Origin: Candidatus Eiseniibacteriota bacterium
GTDB lineage: Bacteria; Eisenbacteria; RBG-16-71-46; DASYSL01
Assembly: GCA_031431875.1 (NCBI GenBank)
Contig: JANPEF010000061.1
Span: 15,764 to 79,763, forward strand
Direction: 5' to 3'
DNA length: 64,000 bases
The position numbers were made by a program, and so were the translations under genes. The notes beneath the pieces were generated by a model, which saw nothing but the letters and a program-made list of their open reading frames with translations, had not been told where the DNA came from and ran no database searches. Shown one piece after another: positions 56,215-64,000 of the stretch (position 1 is the stretch's first letter; each line of letters opens with the position of its first letter).

Positions 56215-56493
56215 ATGACCAAGGCCGACATCGTCGACCAGATCGCCGAACGGACGGGGTTGACCAAGAAGGACGTGGCCGACACCGTGGACGGATTCCT
56301 CGAGGCCGTGAGCCGCGCGCTCGCCAACGGCCATCACATCGAGATCCGGGGTTTCGGCACGTTCAAGGTCAAGGACCGCAAGTCTCGACTGGCCCGGAAC
56401 CCGCGCACGGGTGAGGCTGTCCCGGTGCCGCCGCGCAAGGTGCCCGTCTTCAAGGTGAGCAAGGAATTGAAGGACATGGTCGCGCAGGGCTGA
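56215..56493 (+). CDS. HU/IHF-family DNA-binding protein
   Basis: MTKADIVDQIAERTGLTKKDVADTVDGFLEAV...IRGFGTFKVKDRKSRLARNPRTGEAV, the beta-arm signature R-N-P-R-T-G. Confidence 0.8.
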   Translation: MTKADIVDQIAERTGLTKKDVADTVDGFLEAVSRALANGHHIEIRGFGTFKVKDRKSRLARNPRTGEAVPVPPRKVPVFKVSKELKDMVAQG

Positions 56494-56565
56494 GGCCCGC
56501 GCTGCCGGAGAGATTCGATCGGATTCGCAGTGCGTTCGCAGCAACCTATGCCTGTGTTACGACTT

Positions 56566-56603
56566 GCCCGCGCCCGGACCTCCCTCGAGCGCGGGCATTT
56601 TCC
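56566..56603 (+). terminator. Rho-independent terminator after the HU/IHF-like gene
   Basis: GCCCGCGC-ccggacctccctcga-GCGCGGGC followed by ATTTTCC. Confidence 0.5.
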
Positions 56604-56623
56604 TTCGTCCCGCTGCGCGGGAC

Positions 56624-57307
56624 TCAGTTTCTGGAGTTGCGCAGCAGCACGAGGCGCAGCAGGCCGAGCAGGGCCATCGCCGCCCCGGCGAGGTAGGTGA
56701 GCGCGGCCGCATCGAGCACCTTCTTCGCCATGGCCGCCTCGTCCGGAGTGGCGATCCCGGCCGACGTCAGGTGCGTGTAGGCGCGGGAGCTGGCATTGAA
56801 CTCGACCGGCAGCGTCACGACGTGGAACAGCACCACGCCCGTGAACAGGATGATCCCCAGGTCGATCAGCCACAGCCCGCCGCTGCCCAGGATGATGCCG
56901 ATGAACGCCAGCGGCATCGCCAGCATCGAGCCCAAGTTCGCGGGGCCGAGCAGCGACCAGCGCCAGCGCATCGGCATGTAGCCCTTGGCGTGCTGCAGTG
57001 CGTGGCCGACCTCGTGCGCTGCCACCCCGAGGGCGGCGATCGAGTCCGAGCCGTAGACGTCGTCGGACAGGCGCACGACGCGCTTGGTCGGGTCGTAGTG
57101 GTCGGTCAGTCTGCCTGGCACGTGCTCGACCTGGACGTCTCCCGCGCCGAAGGCGTTGAGCAACGCGCGCGCCGCGTCGTGCCCCGTGCGACCCCCCGAG
57201 GTGCGGACCTGCGCGTACTTCTTGAACGTGGAGGTCACCTTCCACTGGGCGAAGAATGCGAACAGCATGCCGGGGATGAGCAGGAGCATTGTCGGATCGA
57301 AGAACAT
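56624..57307 (-). CDS. Membrane zinc metallopeptidase (YugP/COG2738-like)
   Basis: HEVGHALQH zinc motif flanked by transmembrane helices; 227 aa. Confidence 0.7.
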   Translation of the reverse strand: MFFDPTMLLLIPGMLFAFFAQWKVTSTFKKYAQVRTSGGRTGHDAARALLNAFGAGDVQVEHVPGRLTDHYDPTKRVVRLSDDVYGSDSIAALGVAAHEVGHALQHAKGYMPMRWRWSLLGPANLGSMLAMPLAFIGIILGSGGLWLIDLGIILFTGVVLFHVVTLPVEFNASSRAYTHLTSAGIATPDEAAMAKKVLDAAALTYLAGAAMALLGLLRLVLLRNSRN

Positions 57308-57429
57308 GGCTGACGACCTCGGGGCGCAGAACGTACTGTGACGCGGGCGCGCGTCGTGCGCGCCGACATCCCCTTGGACGCTACCCGCGCCGTCCCTGTG
57401 CGGTCAACCTTGCGCTCCCGGAGCCCGCC

Positions 57430-58500
57430 GTGTCCCCATCCGCCGCTGCCTCGGCCATCGACCTGCGCTCCGACACCGTCACCCGCCCGACCCCGGGGAT
57501 GCGGGCGGCGATCGCCGCGGCGGTCGTGGGCGACGACGTCTACGACGACGATCCGACGATCCACGCGCTGCAGGACCGGGTCGCGGCGCTGGCCGGCAAG
57601 GCCGCCGGGCTGTTCGTTCCCAGCGGCACGATGGGGAACCAGATCGCGGTGCACGTCCAGACGGAGCCCGGCGACGAGGTCCTGCTCGAGCGCGGCAGTC
57701 ACATCTTCAACTACGAGTCGGGCGGCGCCGCCGCGCTCTCGGGCGTGCAGCTTCATCCTCTCGCGGGCGTCCGCGGCGGGCTCGATCCGGTGACCGTGCT
57801 GGCCGCCGTGCGCGACCCCGACGTGCACGCACCGCCGGCCCGCCTGCTCTGCCTCGAGAACACCCACAACCGCGCCGGGGGCGCGATCGTGCCGCTGGCG
57901 GCGCTGGTCGCCACCGCCGAGGCGGCGCGCGCGCGGGGGTTGCGCGTCCACCTCGACGGCGCCCGGCTGTGGAATGCAGTCGCCGCCACCGGCGTGCCAA
58001 TCGCCCGCTGGGCGGCTTCGTTCGACACCGTGATGATGTGCTTCTCGAAGGGACTCGGCGCACCGGTGGGCTCGATCCTGCTGGGCGATGCGGCGACCAT
58101 CGCGCGCGCCCGGCGCGTCCGCAAGCGGCTGGGCGGGGGGATGCGGCAGGCGGGGATGCTCGCCGCGGCCTGCCTGTACGGGCTCGATCATCACGTCGAG
58201 CGCCTGGCCGACGATCACCGCCGGGCGCGTCGGCTGGCCGAGCTGATCGCCGCCACGCCCGGCCTGGCCTGCGATCCCGCCTCGGTCGAGACGAACATCG
58301 TGCTCTTCGAAGTTACGCACCCCGCGTGGAACGGGGCGGCGGTCGTCGCGGCGCTGGCGGCCCGCGGCGTCCTCGTGGCCACCTTCGGCCCGCGGACGGT
58401 CCGGGCGGTGACCCACCTCGATATCGACGACGCGTCCATCGAGCGGGCGGGCGAGGGCTTCGCCCGGCTCGCGGTCGATGGCATCCAAGCCTCAATATGA
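57430..58500 (+). CDS. ltaE: Low-specificity L-threonine aldolase (PLP-dependent)
   Basis: DLRSDTVTRPT...GTMGNQIA...CFSKGLGAPVGS (PLP-Lys region). Confidence 0.8.
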   Translation: MSPSAAASAIDLRSDTVTRPTPGMRAAIAAAVVGDDVYDDDPTIHALQDRVAALAGKAAGLFVPSGTMGNQIAVHVQTEPGDEVLLERGSHIFNYESGGAAALSGVQLHPLAGVRGGLDPVTVLAAVRDPDVHAPPARLLCLENTHNRAGGAIVPLAALVATAEAARARGLRVHLDGARLWNAVAATGVPIARWAASFDTVMMCFSKGLGAPVGSILLGDAATIARARRVRKRLGGGMRQAGMLAAACLYGLDHHVERLADDHRRARRLAELIAATPGLACDPASVETNIVLFEVTHPAWNGAAVVAALAARGVLVATFGPRTVRAVTHLDIDDASIERAGEGFARLAVDGIQASI

Positions 58501-58576
58501 CAATCACTTGCGCGCACGGGGTGGGGGGTGCATGCGGCTTGTGACCCCCCGCCCGGTGTGCTAGTTTCCGGCTCGT

Positions 58577-59374
58577 ATGGATTGGACGGCGTCGGATCCC
58601 ACCGGCGTGTGGGCCCGTTGGCGCACCCGGACGCCGGACCTGCGCGCACAGATTGCAGACCTGCTGCAGCGGGAGCTCACGCTGCGCGGGCAGTCGCGTG
58701 TCGTCCTCGGTCTCTCGGGCGGGCTCGACTCCACGGTTGCCGCCACGCTCTGCGTCGACGCGCTTGGCGCACCAAACGTGCTCGGCGTGCTGCTCCCGCA
58801 CCGATCCTCCGACACGCAGGCACTGTCGTCCGCCCAGGGCATCGTCAACACGCTGGGCATCACCACCCGGCGCGTCAACGTGAGCCCGATGGTCGACGCG
58901 TACTTCGCGAACTTCCCGGATGCCAGCCGCGAGCGGCGGGCCGTACGCCTGGCCTGGGAGCGCCTGGCGATCCTGCACGACTTCGGTGCCCATTACGGCG
59001 GCATGGTGCTGCAGATCGTCAATCGCTCGGACCTGGCGCTCGATTTTGGCCCGGAGCCAAGGCTCCCGGCGCTTGCGGTGCGTCCGTTCGAGGGGGTCTA
59101 CAAGTCGCAGCTCCGCCTGCTCGGGCAGTCGCTCGAGATTTCGCAAATGGTGCTCGATCGCCGGCCGTCGCTCGACTCCTATCCCGGTCAGGCCGACGAG
59201 TCCGAACTGGGCGCCAGCTACGAGACCATCGACCCGGTGCTCGAGTGGCTGCTCGATCACAAGGGGACGCCCGAAAAGGTGGTGAGTCTCGGCTATCCCG
59301 CAGAGGTCGTGGAGCGGGTGCAGGCGCGACTTGACCGGCGTCGCGACAGCCCGCTGCCCGTCGCGCTGGCGTGA
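58577..59374 (+). CDS. nadE: NH3-dependent NAD+ synthetase NadE
   Basis: PP-loop SGGLDS; 265 aa. Confidence 0.8.
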   Translation: MDWTASDPTGVWARWRTRTPDLRAQIADLLQRELTLRGQSRVVLGLSGGLDSTVAATLCVDALGAPNVLGVLLPHRSSDTQALSSAQGIVNTLGITTRRVNVSPMVDAYFANFPDASRERRAVRLAWERLAILHDFGAHYGGMVLQIVNRSDLALDFGPEPRLPALAVRPFEGVYKSQLRLLGQSLEISQMVLDRRPSLDSYPGQADESELGASYETIDPVLEWLLDHKGTPEKVVSLGYPAEVVERVQARLDRRRDSPLPVALA

Positions 59375-59381
59375 GGCGGTG

Positions 59382-60281
59382 GTGAGCGAGGGCCCGCTCG
59401 AACGGGGCGCTCTCTATGTCGTGGCGACGCCGATCGGCAACCTCGGGGACCTGTCCCCGCGGGCGCTCGCGGTGCTGCGCGCCGTCGACTGGATCGCCGC
59501 CGAGGACACGCGGCACAGCGGTGGGTTGCTGACGCGCTTCGCGATCGAGGTGCCGCTGATCTCGGCCCACGCCCACAACGAGCGGGGGCGGGCCGAGGAC
59601 CTGGTGGCGCGGCTGGCAGCCGGATCGATCGGCGCGCTGATCGTCGACGCCGGCAGCCCGGGCATCAGCGATCCGGGCGCACGCATCGTGCGCCGAGTCG
59701 CCGAGGCCGGGTTTCCGGTGCGGGTCGTGCCCGGGCCGAGCGCGGTCATCGCCGCGCTTTCGCTCTCGGGATTCTCTGCCGACGCATTTACCTTCGGCGG
59801 CTTCTTGCCGCCGAAGGATGCAGCGCGGGACACGAAGTTGCGCGCCCTGCTCGCTCGGAGCGAGACGGTGGTCGTCTACGAGGCGCCGCACCGCGTGCGG
59901 GCCACGCTCGAGGCGCTGGCGCGGCTGGCGCCGGGCCGCCCGATGGCGGCGTGCCGCGAGCTGACCAAGCTGCACGAGGAGACGCTTCGCGGCGACGCGG
60001 CCGCGGTGCTCGCGCAGATCTCCCCCGAGCGGGAGCGAGGGGAGTGGGTTCTGGTGATCGCGGGGCCGGGCAAGGATGAGGTGGAACCGGCTGACGCGGC
60101 AGACGCGGACGCTGGTGCGGCTGGCGCCGGTGGCGCCGACATCGGTGGCGCCGATATGGATCCGCGCGCGCGTTATGTCGCGGCGCAGGTGGCCAGCGGC
60201 GCGAGCCCCGACGAGGCGCGGCGTCGCGCCGAGTTCGTGCTCGGCCCGGAGCGGCGCCGCCGCGGGAAGGAGCGCGCATGA
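59382..60281 (+). CDS. rsmI: 16S rRNA (cytidine1402-2'-O)-methyltransferase RsmI
   Basis: LYVVATPIGNLGDLSPRA...AEDTR; tetrapyrrole-methylase fold; Asp/Ala-rich tail. Confidence 0.8.
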   Translation: MSEGPLERGALYVVATPIGNLGDLSPRALAVLRAVDWIAAEDTRHSGGLLTRFAIEVPLISAHAHNERGRAEDLVARLAAGSIGALIVDAGSPGISDPGARIVRRVAEAGFPVRVVPGPSAVIAALSLSGFSADAFTFGGFLPPKDAARDTKLRALLARSETVVVYEAPHRVRATLEALARLAPGRPMAACRELTKLHEETLRGDAAAVLAQISPERERGEWVLVIAGPGKDEVEPADAADADAGAAGAGGADIGGADMDPRARYVAAQVASGASPDEARRRAEFVLGPERRRRGKERA

Positions 60282-60991
60282 ACGCCGGAACCGCGGCGAT
60301 CGATCGGCTGAAGGACGGCGGGCGGCGCGTGGTGCGCGGCCTGCTCGATCCCGTCGTGGCGCTCCTCGCCCGCATCGGTGTCGCGCCCGATCACGTGACG
60401 TGGACCGGCCTGCTCGTGACCTGTGCCGGTGGTGGGTTGTTCGCGGTCGGACGGTTTCGCGCGGGCGCGCTGGTGGCGCTCGTCGGTTGCCTGATGGACA
60501 CGCTCGACGGCGGCCTGGCGCGGGCGAAGAACGGCGTCACCCGCTGGGGCGCGTTCCTTGACTCGACGACGGACCGCATCGCCGATGCGGCGCTGTTCCT
60601 CGGGATCGCGGCGCACTACGCGCAGCACCCGCTGTCGCTTCTGAGCGACGAGGATCGGCTGACCGACCTGCTGCTCGGTCCGCCCCTGGCGACGGCGCTG
60701 GTGCGCGACGGCGCGGCCGAGGCGATGTGCTACGCGCTGCTGGCCCTGCTGGCGATGGTGGCCGCATTGATCGTGTCGTACACCCGCGCCCGCATGGAGG
60801 GCGTGGGAGTGGAGTGCCGGGCCGGCTGGTTCGAGCGGCCCGAGCGCCTGGTGGTCCTGCTCGGAGCCGCCCTGTTCGGTGCGGCGTCCCCGGTGATGCC
60901 GTGGGCGCTCGCGGCTCTGGTCGTGTTGTCTTCAATCACCGTGATCCAGCGCGTCGCGTACGCGCGATCGCGGCTTTCGGGCTCCGCCTGA
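60278..60991 (+). CDS. CDP-alcohol phosphatidyltransferase; probably phosphatidylinositol-phosphate synthase given the adjacent MIPS gene
   Basis: ATGA overlap with rsmI; D-x2-D-G-x2-A-R...G-x3-D-x3-D pattern (DTLDGGLAR...DSTTDRIAD); transmembrane-rich. Confidence 0.75.
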   Translation: MNAGTAAIDRLKDGGRRVVRGLLDPVVALLARIGVAPDHVTWTGLLVTCAGGGLFAVGRFRAGALVALVGCLMDTLDGGLARAKNGVTRWGAFLDSTTDRIADAALFLGIAAHYAQHPLSLLSDEDRLTDLLLGPPLATALVRDGAAEAMCYALLALLAMVAALIVSYTRARMEGVGVECRAGWFERPERLVVLLGAALFGAASPVMPWALAALVVLSSITVIQRVAYARSRLSGSA

Positions 60992-61024
60992 CGCGGAGCC
61001 GGTTCCCCAGGGAGGCTGTCCAAG

Positions 61025-62236
61025 ATGGGTAAGGTTCGGGTTGCGATCATCGGCGTCGGCAACTGCGCATCGTCCTTCGTCCAGGGCGTGCAGTACTACC
61101 AGAACGCCAGGGACGAGGACCGCGTGCCGGGCCTCATGCACGTGAACCTGGGCGGCTACCACATCCGGGACATCGAGTTCTCGGCCGCCATCGACATCGA
61201 CAAGAACAAGGTCGGCAAGGACCTCGCCGAGGCGATCTTCACCAAGCCGAACAACACGCTGAAGTTCTCGCCGGTGCCGAAGACGGGCCTCACCGTCCAG
61301 CGCGGCATGACGCACGACGGCCTCGGCAAGTACCTGTCGAAGATCATCCAGAAAGCGCCGGGCTCGACGGTCGACATCGTCAAGCTGCTCAAGGACTCGA
61401 AGACCGACGTGGTCGTGTCGTACCTGCCGGTCGGCTCGGAAGAGGCGACCAAGTGGTACGTCGAACAGATCCTCGAGGCCGGTTGCGCCTTCGTCAACTG
61501 CATCCCGGTGTTCATCGCCCGCGAGCCTTACTGGCAGCGGCGCTTCGAGGCGAAGGGCCTGCCGGTCATCGGCGACGACATCAAGTCGCAGGTCGGCGCG
61601 ACGATCACGCACCGCGTCCTGACCAGCCTGTTCGTCGATCGCGGCGTCCGCATCGATCGCACGTACCAGCTGAACTTCGGGGGCAACACCGACTTCCTGA
61701 ACATGCTCGAGCGCGAGCGCCTCGAGTCGAAGAAGATCTCGAAGACGAACGCGGTGACGAGCATGATCCCGTACGAGATGGACGAGGCGAACGTGCACGT
61801 CGGTCCGTCGGACTACGTCCCCTGGCTGCTCGATCGCAAGTGGTGCCACATCCGCATGGAGGGCACGACGTTCGGCGACGTGCCGCTCAACCTCGACATG
61901 AAGCTCGAGGTGTGGGACTCGCCCAACTCGGCCGGCGTCGTCATCGACGCGGTGCGCTGCGCCAAGCTGGCGCTCGACCACGGCCTCAAGGGCGCGCTGA
62001 TCGGACCGTCTTCGTACTTCAAGAAGTCGCCGCCGGTGCAGTACCCCGACGACCAGGCGCGCCAGATGGTCGAGGACTTCATCACCAAGTACGGGAAGAA
62101 GGGCGCCCGCAAGATGTCGGCGAAGCCAGCGAAGCCAGCGAAGCCAGCGAAGGCGACGAAGGCCGCGAAAGCCGGCCGTGCCGTGGCTCCGGCGAAGAAG
62201 GCGAAGCCCGTCACGAAGGCGGGGAAGAAGAAATAA
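61025..62236 (+). CDS. ino1: myo-Inositol-1-phosphate synthase with Lys/Ala/Pro-rich C-terminal tail
   Basis: GGGAGG Shine-Dalgarno; [18 protein letters not shown]...[12 protein letters not shown]...[12 protein letters not shown]; tail [38 protein letters not shown]. Confidence 0.85.
   Translation: MGKVRVAIIGVGNCASSFVQGVQYYQNARDEDRVPGLMHVNLGGYHIRDIEFSAAIDIDKNKVGKDLAEAIFTKPNNTLKFSPVPKTGLTVQRGMTHDGLGKYLSKIIQKAPGSTVDIVKLLKDSKTDVVVSYLPVGSEEATKWYVEQILEAGCAFVNCIPVFIAREPYWQRRFEAKGLPVIGDDIKSQVGATITHRVLTSLFVDRGVRIDRTYQLNFGGNTDFLNMLERERLESKKISKTNAVTSMIPYEMDEANVHVGPSDYVPWLLDRKWCHIRMEGTTFGDVPLNLDMKLEVWDSPNSAGVVIDAVRCAKLALDHGLKGALIGPSSYFKKSPPVQYPDDQARQMVEDFITKYGKKGARKMSAKPAKPAKPAKATKAAKAGRAVAPAKKAKPVTKAGKKK
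62121..62165 (+). repeat. 9-bp tandem repeat (CGAAGCCAG x3 plus two degenerate units) encoding AKPAKPAKP inside ino1
   Basis: cgaagccagcgaagccagcgaagccagcgaaggcgacgaaggccg. Confidence 0.6.
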
Positions 62237-62414
62237 CCCTTCCGCCCCGTTCTGGATGGACTCGACGAGCCCGGGAGCACACCCCGGGCTCGTTCGATCT
62301 CCTGCCGAGCGTCGCCTGTCGCTCACGATGGAGTGGCGCTGGCGTCGGGCGTGGGAGAAGCTTGACCGCAGGCCGGGCGCAGCGGGACCTCGCAAGGGTC
62401 CTCGAGAGGACATC

Positions 62415-63191
62415 ATGCTTCGACATCGCGTTGCGTTCATCACCATGGTCCTGGCCGTGCCCCTCGCCTTCGTGGCGGTGGGATGCGGTGACTCTCCCGC
62501 CGAGCCCCCGCGCGTCGTGTCCCCGCCCGAGCCCGAGGCGCTTCGAGTGTTCTTCGTCGGGAACAGCCTCACGTACGTGAACGATCTTCCGCAGATGGTC
62601 GCGGCGCTCTCCCGCGCGGCGGGGGACGACCCGCCGCTCGAAACCGGGAGCGTGACGTTCGGGGGCTATGCGCTCGAGGATCACCTGGCCGAGGGCAGTG
62701 CCGCGCGCGCCATCGCCGAGGGCGGGTGGGACGTCGTCGTGCTGCAGCAGGGCCCGTCGGCCCTGCCCGAGAGTCGAGTGAATCTCATCGAGTTCTCCGG
62801 CCGCTTCGCCACGCTCATCCGCGCCGCTGGCGCCCGCCCGGCGCTCTACGGCGTGTGGCCTTCGGAGGATCGAAGCTTCGACCTGGATGCCTGCATCGAG
62901 TCGTACCGGCGAGCAGCCATCGCCGTGGATGGACTCTCGCTCCCGGCCGGTGGGGCATGGAAGTCGGCGTGGGCGCACGATCCTGCGCTGCCGCTCTACG
63001 GAGCGGATCGCTTTCACCCCTCGCCGCTCGGCACGTACCTCGCCGCGCTCGTGATCTACTCCGAGTTGCTCGACAAGTCGCCGATCGGACTGCCCAGCGA
63101 GTTCGACGTCGCGGGATCGCCGCTGTCGATCCCGCAGGAGCAGGCGGCGCTCGTCCAGGCGGCCGCCGCAGCGGTGAACGGAACGGAGTAG
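62415..63191 (+). CDS. SGNH/GDSL-like hydrolase lipoprotein
   Basis: GAGAGGA Shine-Dalgarno; lipobox FVAVGCGD; FFVGNSLTY (GDSL block I), GGWDVVVLQQG, DRFHPS (block V DxxH). Confidence 0.65.
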   Translation: MLRHRVAFITMVLAVPLAFVAVGCGDSPAEPPRVVSPPEPEALRVFFVGNSLTYVNDLPQMVAALSRAAGDDPPLETGSVTFGGYALEDHLAEGSAARAIAEGGWDVVVLQQGPSALPESRVNLIEFSGRFATLIRAAGARPALYGVWPSEDRSFDLDACIESYRRAAIAVDGLSLPAGGAWKSAWAHDPALPLYGADRFHPSPLGTYLAALVIYSELLDKSPIGLPSEFDVAGSPLSIPQEQAALVQAAAAAVNGTE

Positions 63192-63233
63192 TCTCCCGGC
63201 TGGCCCTAACGGACTCGGAGGTGGCCCATTTCC

Positions 63234-63884
63234 ATGGCGGCCCGGTTCATCACGTTGGAAGGAGTGGAAGGGTCGGGCAAGAGCACCCAGCTCGCCCGGC
63301 TCGCTGCGAGCCTGCACGAACGCGGACTCTCACCGCTGGTGACGCGGGAGCCCGGCGGCACGCCGCTCGGCCGTGCGCTTCGGGACGCCCTGCTCGCACC
63401 CGGCGCCGACGCGCGCGCCCGCTCGCCGCTGACCGAGGCGTTGCTCATGGTGGCCGATCGACACGAGCACGTGGCGCGCGTGATCGCTCCGGCGCTCGCC
63501 GCAGGGCGCATCGTCCTCTGCGATCGCCATGCCGACTCGACGCTGGCCTACCAGGGAGGCGGTTCGGGCATCGCGCTCGAGACGCTGCGGTCGCTGAATG
63601 CGATCGCGGTCGGAGCGACGCGGCCGGTGCTCACGCTCCTGTTCGACCTGCCCGTCGAGGCGGCGCTCGCCCGCATGGCGGCGCGCGCGGGGCAGGCCGG
63701 CCCCGCTCCCGATCGATTCGAGGCCGAGACCGTCGCGTTTCACGAGCGGGTGCGGCGAGCCTATCTCGATCTCGCGTCCGCCGAGCCCGAACGCATCGTC
63801 GTGATCGATGCGCTGCGACCGGCCGATGACGTCTTCGCCGACGTCCGGAACAGGTTCGACGAGCTCCTGGCGACGACTTCCTGA
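63234..63884 (+). CDS. tmk: Thymidylate kinase
   Basis: FITLEGVEGSGKSTQ P-loop; DRH; 216 aa. Confidence 0.85.
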   Translation: MAARFITLEGVEGSGKSTQLARLAASLHERGLSPLVTREPGGTPLGRALRDALLAPGADARARSPLTEALLMVADRHEHVARVIAPALAAGRIVLCDRHADSTLAYQGGGSGIALETLRSLNAIAVGATRPVLTLLFDLPVEAALARMAARAGQAGPAPDRFEAETVAFHERVRRAYLDLASAEPERIVVIDALRPADDVFADVRNRFDELLATTS

Positions 63885-64000
63885 GCGAAACGCTGTGCTA
63901 TTCTGAGCCGGTCGACCCGCGGCTCGACAGCGCGCCTGCGGACCCCAGTTTCGTCCCGAGGACAACTCCATGCGCCCGCGCCACCTGGGAATCGCCGCCT

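Noticed and set aside
1-64000. Scan for tRNA, rRNA or tmRNA genes in intergenic gaps
   Set aside because: The intergenic gaps (8306-8385, 9501-9635, 33036-33330, 44686-45062, 53380-53682, 56494-56623) show terminator hairpins and promoter-like motifs but no cloverleaf-compatible or rRNA-like sequence by eye. This cannot be excluded without tRNAscan / Infernal.
63971-64000. ATG at 63971 (MRPRHLGIAA...) as the start of a downstream gene
   Set aside because: Only 10 codons are visible before the window ends, so it cannot be supported.

Overview
This is a ~70% GC bacterial chromosomal window. It is densely coded on both strands by mostly housekeeping and envelope genes, and there are no rRNA, tRNA or CRISPR loci. 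Type-IX-secretion-style C-terminal sorting domains, hopanoid genes and the gene content resemble Gemmatimonadota-like bacteria, but that assignment is inference only. Because of the high GC content, the six-frame track is full of long spurious and antisense ORFs (for example 4058..8371 on the minus strand). Real genes were picked by recognisable protein families, signal peptides, Shine-Dalgarno motifs and 4-nt start/stop overlaps.

Recognisable content, in order:
- Hopanoid and squalene synthesis: hpnC and hpnD in one reading frame, then hpnE.
- Peptide degradation: PepE, two S9 peptidases, M1 aminopeptidase N, two secreted amidohydrolases and a YugP-like Zn-peptidase.
- Two secreted proteins carrying FlgD-Ig / T9SS-type C-terminal sorting domains.
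- Two tandem parvulin PPIase lipoproteins.
- A heme-A operon: membrane cytochrome c, ctaA, ctaB.
- Core metabolism and housekeeping: engB, purE-purK, icd, split transhydrogenase pntAA-pntAB-pntB, tsaD, priA, ilvC, an HU/IHF-like protein, ltaE, nadE, rsmI, tmk.
- An ECF sigma / anti-sigma pair; NfeD plus an SPFH stomatin-like pair; cutA; two tandem PucC-family MFS transporters.
- A c-di-GMP and two-component cluster: REC-GGDEF regulator, two paralogous GAF-HisKA-HATPase-GAF kinases with degenerate HD-GYP tails, and a single REC regulator; plus a separate GAF-GGDEF protein.
- An inositol-lipid pair: CDP-alcohol phosphatidyltransferase and myo-inositol-1-phosphate synthase.

The most unusual parts are the accessory spots:
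- An IS110-family insertion (transposase 33331..34452, minus strand) has structured non-coding ends that are candidates for a bridge/seek RNA. It sits next to a low-GC gene for an S/T/N-rich secreted protein.
- A second atypical-composition locus (9550..10600) is bracketed by two copies of the same GC hairpin and contains a secreted Cys-containing ORF interrupted by an in-frame TAA.
- At least five genes share a recurring leaderless-type promoter architecture, TAnnnT followed by 6-7 nt and then the start codon.

There is no obvious novel defence or toxin system. The candidates above are the parts most worth follow-up.
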